NCBI GenBank assembly: GCA_001938485.1
Contig: MQRK01216824.1
Span: 1 to 58,467, forward strand
Length of the DNA: 58,467 nt
Direction of reading: 5' to 3'
Source: Girardia tigrina
Taxonomy: Eukaryota
Shown: positions 55,101 to 58,467 of the stretch, one piece after another
Layout: every line of letters begins with the position of its first letter
Numbering within the stretch: position 1 is the stretch's first letter
The notes under the pieces: generated by a model
Databases searched by the model: none
Told to the model about the DNA's origin: nothing
What the model saw: the letters and a program-made list of their open reading frames with translations, nothing else
Translations under genes and position numbers: made by a program

Positions 55101-57298
55101 GTTTTGACTCTTGTTACTCAAAATAATACAAAATTTTCTTATTTACATTTTTTTAACTTTTAAAAACTGAAATGTCAATTTAAAATTTATAACGTGTATT
55201 ATTTATTCAAAACCGTTAAGAACATTCAAAAATTAAATTTAAATTAAATTTGTTAATTTTTCTAGAGAATATAGATATAAATAATAATTTTATTAATATA
55301 TTTTTAGATTAATATTATCACTGCCAAAATTAAAGACGATTTGACTAAAAAATATACAAATCAAATGCTTAGCAAAGGCATCGTCATAGACAGCAATAAA
55401 TTAGCTTCAATTAACTTAGCGGATCTGGACATTGAAGAAAAGTCAAGCGAGTATGTTCTTTATTATATTAATAAACTCAGAACTTTTATATTATTTAAGG
55501 GTTTAATAAACATAGTAGTTATAATAGTAATAATAATGTAATTATTTCACTAGAATTATATTTATAAAAAAATATTTCCTATTATGGCGCATTTTTGTAT
55601 GATTATATATACTTATATTTTTTGTTTATCTTCTATTAATTCTGCATCCTGTCCTAAAGATGAATTAGAGAGTTTTCTGTAATTTGTGTGAGAAGTGAAA
55701 TGAGAATATTATTTTCCTTCAAAAAACTTATACAAATTAACAATAAATGAAATTATTTTCTAAAAAGACTAAGTTTAAAGCAACAAGAAATTAATAATTC
55801 CTTTCACAAATAAAATTATTCTTGTAATAGTTAAATTTTTATACTGTTCCGCCCGATCTCCCGCTTTCCCAGAAGATCGGCTGCTGGTAGTGGTAGAGTA
55901 GCAGTATTGAAATTGAAACTCATGGCTTTTGTATTCGTTCTGAGCCCATTCAAAAATATTCAGACTGATCGTCCTTCTGTTAATGATATTATTATTAGCT
56001 CAATTAATGTTTGTTAAAAATCAAATGTCAAAGTCATAGCAATCAATTATAATTATCACAATATTTTGATAAAATGTCAAATTCGTCAATAATTTTTAAC
56101 TCAAAGTTCAGAATATAATCGCTCAAATTCGATAAAATTTTACAGTCAGTAAATCGTTAATAAATTTCTCAATTCAAAATTTGAAATAGCAATGAGCAAA
56201 TCGAAAATGAAAATTTGTGAAAGAAATGTCTGGCTGAAGCCTTGCTCTGATTGGCTGACCAATATTTCATTTATTAACCACTCAACAATGTAATCAATTG
56301 ACACACAAATGGGCCGTGATAGAAAAAATGAACAAATATTCGGCTATAATTTACACCATGGGTCATCGTTTTATAGATCGTTCAAAATGAAAAATTTTCG
56401 ATTTCATTTTTAAATTTAATTATTTTTATTTCTTTTTTAATCATATCTTTTATTAATATATTTTATATATATAATGTAACAATAAAAATTTAAGTGATCG
56501 TCATTAATAAATATCTAAGTTGTCTTTGAACAGAAGAAAAGAGGTTTTCCAATATACATAATGAAAATTAAACAATATTATACATATAAAAAGATTTATT
56601 TCGAAACAATACTTTTCCTAACATAAAAACATTTACATTTTTGAACATGTGAAATTAAAATTAGAGAAACTCTTAGTAAATTAATCTATTTCTTTAATTG
56701 TTTTTGTAAATTATGCTTCTTTCAGATGTTAAAATATGGATAAAATTCAAGCTATATATTTCTGTAATTGCTCATATTCAAATTATTTTCTTAGTTTTTA
56801 TTCTTAATAAGTCCACAGACTTATAACAAACAAATTTCAAATGAATTTTCAAATTTTATGTTCATTTTACTGATATCCAAAGCTTATCATAAAAATTTAA
56901 ATCTAATTTTGAAATATAAAATTACATATTTTTAAAAGTTTATTACCCTCAAATACTTGTAAAAGTTTACATAAACTTTGAATAAATAGAATTATTTATG
57001 TTCCAAATTTAGTGAAACGATAAATGAAATATATCATCATAATTTCTTTTTTATATTTTATAAAAATAAATTAATTGTATCATTTGGTAATTAAGTGACG
57101 ACGGATCAGACAGTTCAGATTCGGATGGTCTTCCCAGTCGGATTGAATATGTGAACCAAGTAACTTTATTGTTTTGTTGAATAAAGCTATACCTTTCGAT
57201 TATAGATAAAAAGACAAAAGAAAATCAAACAAAAAGAGAATAAGGAGCTTAAAGACCAAATGAAAGAAAGTGAAATAGAAAATGTTTGTTTTACGTAA
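11232..57298 (+). CDS. AGBL2: Cytosolic carboxypeptidase 2/3-like (M14D zinc carboxypeptidase, tubulin deglutamylase); 18 coding exons: 11232-11270, 11396-11450, 11498-11611, 21307-21427, 22148-22230, 25073-25155, 25410-25546, 28477-28609, 44322-44443, 44603-44858, 49400-49513, 49561-49730, 49776-49935, 52385-52460, 52506-52678, 55308-55450, 57096-57159, 57206-57298 (3' end uncertain)
   Basis: Manual splicing gives GT-AG junctions with matching phases and no internal stop (2136 nt). Motifs: [63 protein letters not shown] (Zn ligands), [25 protein letters not shown] (Zn ligand), FTLEASF (catalytic Glu), [11 protein letters not shown]. Confidence 0.93.
11396..11450 (+). CDS. AGBL2: CCP2-like exon 2 ([18 protein letters not shown])
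   Basis: TTTTAG acceptor; resembles the N-terminal YExF..HLQxYGY motif of CCP2. Confidence 0.85.
11498..11611 (+). CDS. AGBL2: CCP2-like exon 3
   Basis: Follows a 47-nt intron with CAG acceptor; open frame; phase 1 end matches exon 4. Confidence 0.75.
12335..12558. repeat. Inverted pair of PLE pLTR fragments, each with a hammerhead motif
   Basis: 12335-12409 is the reverse complement of 12481-12558; CTGAAG(A/G)-TGGTGGA-AAA-TCCACC-G(A/G)A(T/A)-TATATT. Confidence 0.8.
12771..13500 (-). mobile_element. Tc1/mariner (maT/DD37D-like) transposase remnant
   Basis: [49 protein letters not shown]. Confidence 0.8.
13510..14755 (+). mobile_element. Mariner-like transposon, frameshifted transposase
   Basis: [26 protein letters not shown]; ORFs 13738..14574 and 14439..14666. 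Confidence 0.9.
15087..15128. repeat. (CA)n(TA)n microsatellite
   Basis: Seen directly. Confidence 0.9.
16690..17437 (+). repeat. Dispersed AT-rich repeat family A, copy 1
   Basis: Shares GATTTTCAAACAAATTTTCGTTAA and AAATTATTCAGTGAATYGAAAATTTTAACTAA anchors with 27780-28358. Confidence 0.7.
17802..19181 (+). mobile_element. Full-length defective mariner (DD34D) with TIRs and TA target duplication
   Basis: TA-CAGGTCTATACAGAAAGTTTTGACCGAT / ATCGGTCAAGACTTTCTGGACAGACCTA-TA; [25 protein letters not shown]. Confidence 0.93.
19300..21150 (-). mobile_element. Highly decayed Penelope-like RT element (tentative)
   Basis: Faint colinear PLE RT-like remnants ([36 protein letters not shown]) with stops in all frames. 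Confidence 0.35.
21307..21427 (+). CDS. AGBL2: CCP2-like exon 4 ([13 protein letters not shown]...ESPRW)
   Basis: TTTCAG acceptor; TTQ and PRW motifs. Confidence 0.88.
22148..22230 (+). CDS. AGBL2: CCP2-like exon 5 ([28 protein letters not shown])
   Basis: WPxExEV..IHHI motif; phase-consistent. Confidence 0.9.
22493..22686. mobile_element. Tc1/mariner-type MITE with about 75-bp TIRs
   Basis: GTACCTAGTAGAAAACCAAAGGATTTTATGAAACCAAA and its reverse complement; ends CTG-TA. Confidence 0.8.
23055..23990 (+). mobile_element. GC-rich degenerate LTR-retrotransposon gag/protease fragment
   Basis: Gag-like WVEK..LIC; frameshifted HALV-xTG protease-like site near 23815; PPT-like GGCAGGGGGCG-TGTAA at about 24224-24239. 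Confidence 0.55.
24650..24985 (+). repeat. Dispersed repeat family B, copy 1
   Basis: Colinear with 30778-31060 (AAATTTTTGAACGTTAT, TGAATAGAAAAT, AACAGAAATTTGT, GGTTTCGTCAAA). Confidence 0.75.
25073..25155 (+). CDS. AGBL2: CCP2-like exon 6 ([20 protein letters not shown])
   Basis: TTAG acceptor, GTGAGT donor, G..G.LVY motif. Confidence 0.9.
25410..25546 (+). CDS. AGBL2: CCP2-like exon 7 ([10 protein letters not shown])
   Basis: CCP N-domain signature; GTAAGT donor. Confidence 0.93.
25625..25900 (+). mobile_element. PLE 3' remnant (GIY-YIG tail) with degenerate hammerhead at 25815-25860
   Basis: [15 protein letters not shown]; CTGACGA...GATCA/TGATC...AAAA-CTAG-TT. Confidence 0.5.
26345..27052 (+). 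mobile_element. Mariner (DD34D) 3' fragment with right TIR
   Basis: [33 protein letters not shown]; AAAACCTGCATTGCTTTTGCAACTACCAAATA. Confidence 0.92.
27780..28358 (+). repeat. Dispersed AT-rich repeat family A, copy 2
   Basis: Same anchors as copy 1. Confidence 0.7.
28477..28609 (+). CDS. AGBL2: CCP2-like exon 8 ([23 protein letters not shown]...[10 protein letters not shown])
   Basis: CCP signature; TTTTAG acceptor, GTAATA donor. Confidence 0.95.
29085..30440 (+). mobile_element. Degenerate hAT-like (CGGBP1-type) transposase remnant
   Basis: C..C..H..H at about 29117-29210; FVKKTTD (DETTD-like); C-terminal [19 protein letters not shown]. Confidence 0.5.
29319..29985 (+). repeat. About 112-bp direct duplication (29319-29432 and 29872-29985)
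   Basis: Apparently identical TTATGAAATTTTGGAATAG...GCATTTGAATTATTT. Confidence 0.92.
30778..31060 (+). repeat. Dispersed repeat family B, copy 2
   Basis: Same anchors as copy 1. Confidence 0.75.
31293..31434 (+). repeat. 5' LTR (142 bp)
   Basis: TGTAGAAAC...CGTCTTCA. Confidence 0.92.
31437..31449 (+). promoter_or_regulatory. Primer-binding site complementary to a tRNA-Leu 3' end
   Basis: TGGTGTCAGAAG, 2 nt after the LTR. Confidence 0.75.
35072..35194 (+). repeat. 3' LTR (123 bp, about 20-bp deletion)
   Basis: TGTAGAAAC...CGTCTTCA, preceded by PPT GAGGGGGAG (35060-35068). Confidence 0.92.
35555..35765. mobile_element. piggyBac-type MITE (211 bp)
   Basis: 14-bp TIR CCCTTTCCAGCCCA/TGGGCTGGAAAGGG; flanks TCAA/TTAA. 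Confidence 0.85.
36957..37006. repeat. (TA)n microsatellite at gap edge
   Basis: Seen directly. Confidence 0.95.
37437..37631 (+). mobile_element. PLE GIY-YIG endonuclease C-terminal fragment
   Basis: [11 protein letters not shown]...DFKVI...[20 protein letters not shown]. Confidence 0.75.
37734..38385 (-). mobile_element. Internally deleted mariner remnant
   Basis: [20 protein letters not shown] joined to [13 protein letters not shown]. Confidence 0.8.
38422..39050 (-). mobile_element. hAT (Charlie/Buster-like) 3' remnant
   Basis: [21 protein letters not shown] dimerisation-domain motif; CAGTTGTGGTCAAC terminus with GCGGGCCGCA. Confidence 0.65.
39180..39480 (-). mobile_element. PLE GIY-YIG remnant
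   Basis: [19 protein letters not shown], resembling VY..C..C..YIGET.R. Confidence 0.6.
41543..42429 (+). mobile_element. Internally deleted Mutator-like (MULE) element with repeat-rich TIRs
   Basis: FHFT*CLWRCIQ and YFEDIWIG motifs; CACGTCAAAATGTCGC / GCGACATTTTGACGTG termini. Confidence 0.8.
42478..42575 (-). repeat. Inverted copy of 41761-41858 embedded in (TA)n
   Basis: About 98 bp, one mismatch. Confidence 0.92.
44322..44443 (+). CDS. AGBL2: CCP2-like exon 9 ([13 protein letters not shown]...GWRRCG..IAYYKN)
   Basis: CCP signature; follows a 15.7-kb intron. Confidence 0.93.
44603..44858 (+). CDS. AGBL2: CCP2-like exon 10 (HCYPYTYS...[13 protein letters not shown])
   Basis: ORF track 44580..44888 trimmed to splice sites. 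Confidence 0.95.
45800..46833 (+). mobile_element. Degenerate mariner
   Basis: [28 protein letters not shown]; TIR-like ATTATTCCTCAACCCAATA. Confidence 0.75.
46987..49175 (-). mobile_element. piggyBac (PGBD4-like) transposon, degenerate; 5' boundary uncertain
   Basis: TTAA|CCC at 46983; [50 protein letters not shown]-terminal Cys-rich domain. Confidence 0.9.
49400..49513 (+). CDS. AGBL2: CCP2-like exon 11 ([20 protein letters not shown])
   Basis: HxxE zinc-binding motif. Confidence 0.95.
49561..49730 (+). CDS. AGBL2: CCP2-like exon 12 ([28 protein letters not shown])
   Basis: M14 substrate-binding motifs. Confidence 0.96.
49776..49935 (+). CDS. AGBL2: CCP2-like exon 13 ([18 protein letters not shown])
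   Basis: Third Zn ligand His; follows a 45-nt intron. Confidence 0.95.
50228..50488 (+). mobile_element. Tc1-like (DDE) transposase 3' fragment
   Basis: [18 protein letters not shown]. Confidence 0.7.
52385..52460 (+). CDS. AGBL2: CCP2-like exon 14 ([20 protein letters not shown])
   Basis: GCAG acceptor, GTAAAT donor. Confidence 0.92.
52506..52678 (+). CDS. AGBL2: CCP2-like exon 15 ([14 protein letters not shown]...LLDFCDPD)
   Basis: Catalytic Glu motif. Confidence 0.93.
53480..53790 (-). mobile_element. PLE GIY-YIG remnant
   Basis: [16 protein letters not shown]. Confidence 0.55.
54525..54809 (+). mobile_element. PLE GIY-YIG endonuclease remnant
   Basis: [18 protein letters not shown]...NFENLCKNF...[21 protein letters not shown]. 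Confidence 0.8.
55308..55450 (+). CDS. AGBL2: CCP2-like exon 16
   Basis: TTTTTAG acceptor, GTATGT donor, open and phase-consistent. Confidence 0.8.
57096..57159 (+). CDS. AGBL2: CCP2-like exon 17 ([13 protein letters not shown])
   Basis: GSDSS.SDGLP motif of CCP2/3 tails. Confidence 0.85.
57206..57298 (+). CDS. AGBL2: CCP2-like exon 18 (basic [11 protein letters not shown]...); ends at TAA 57296-57298 or splices at GT 57284/57295
   Basis: Follows a 46-nt intron with TAG acceptor; lysine-rich stretch after the acidic motif. Confidence 0.7.
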   Translation: MKRQKKIKQKENKELKDQMKESEIENVCFT

Positions 57299-58029
57299 TT
57301 TCATTATATTAATTTATTTATTAAAATTAAAAAAGTAATCTTTATAAATATTTAGTCTGGTAAACATTAATTTGAAACTATTTGAATATTAATAAAAACG
57401 AGCGTTGTACATGTTTCTGTCCTCTTTTATGATCATCAGCAAATATTTTTTTTTGTTTTATAAAAATACTTTGCTTAAAGGATAAAAGCATTAAATGGCC
57501 GTTTAAAATATTGAAATCTTTAATTAAAATTTTTAAAAACATTTGGCCATTATTATTTAATAATATCTTAAATAAACCAATAAATAAATAATAAAATAAT
57601 AATAAATAATAAAATAAATTAATAAACTTTGATTGGCTTGAAGATTTTTTATTCGACAGTTTGCCAATTTTATTCAAATTTATTCGCAATTATTTTAATA
57701 AATCAATTAAAAAAATATAATTGAAATTAAACATTTATTTCTATATATTAGTTCTATTTTAAGTCAGTTCTTTTGAAATCTACAATATAATATTATTTAT
57801 TTAGTTTATTTTTTAATTAGACTGTCTCAATTATTAGAGACATTTCTGATTTTATTCTGAAATAATAACTAATTTATTCGTAAAAGTATTCAGTATTTAG
57901 CTAAGAGAATAAAAAGTGTAAAAGTAACGAATTTGATTAATAAACGGATATACAATAAATTCGTTACTTTTACTAAAAAATAATTAAATGGTGGACAAAG
58001 TAAGCTAATCAAAAAAATCTTTGATGAGC

Positions 58030-58467
58030 CTAGTTATGTAAAAACACAATAAAAGTAAAACAGTGATCAATAAAAATAATAACCAAAGTCATCCATTTAA
58101 AAATATATTTTACGACAATATATTTCGACGGATCTACCGTCATCTTCAGGTCACTAATTAATAATCAATTCACCTGTATATAAATACAAAAATGATGATT
58201 ATGTAATCGGTTGCATGAAATCATGCTAATCAAAAATTCTCAATAAGGTGGTTGAGACTGCCGATTGAACATTGATTTTAGGGCAACGTGACCTAATTAA
58301 CAATGCTTCACACGACACTCTCTTCCAATAACTGTCAAAATGCTTACAATTAATTTTGATAATTTCAAAATTCTGTGTAAGCATTTTGACAGTTATTGGG
58401 AGAGTGTCGTGTGAAGCATTGTTAATTAGGTCACGTTGCCCTAAAATCAATGTTCAATCGGCAGTCT
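58030..58467 (-). mobile_element. PLE 3' end/pLTR with an inverted second pLTR copy running off the window
   Basis: NFEII...YWKRVSCEALLIRSRCPKINVQ..LRIFD*; 58255-58322 inverted at 58400-58467. Confidence 0.85.
58112..58154 (-). ncRNA. Minimal type I hammerhead ribozyme with intact core
   Basis: GTGAC-CTGAAGA-T-GACGG-TAGAT-CCGTC-GAAA-TATA-TT-GTCGT; 5-bp stem II, palindromic stem III. Confidence 0.75.

Noticed and set aside
57821-57865. Possible terminal exon 19 of the CCP gene (TVSIIRDISDFILK*)
   Set aside because: Phase-compatible with a donor at 57284 but has no similarity support; needs transcript data

Overview
Eukaryotic, very AT-rich metazoan-type draft genomic DNA with three N-gaps. 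One host gene is reconstructable: a + strand cytosolic carboxypeptidase 2/3-like gene (AGBL2/CCP2, M14D tubulin deglutamylase). It has 18 phase-consistent GT-AG coding exons from 11232 to about 57298, about 711 aa if exon 18 is terminal, and its catalytic motifs are intact. The ORF track misses most of these exons. The introns and flanks are full of decayed transposons: a near-complete CsRn1-like Gypsy element with both LTRs, PBS and PPT; other Gypsy remnants; at least 6 Tc1/mariner copies; 2 piggyBacs plus a MITE; hAT, MULE, Chapaev3-like and RTE LINE remnants; and many Penelope-like element (PLE) fragments. Several PLE fragments carry minimal type I hammerhead ribozyme motifs. I found no clearly novel biological system. 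The best leads are the hammerhead set, the unusual splice-site and intron architecture, an inverted insertion inside (TA)n, and a Gypsy element with an atypical PBS and a -1 slippery site. All family assignments come from motif recognition by eye, not database searches.
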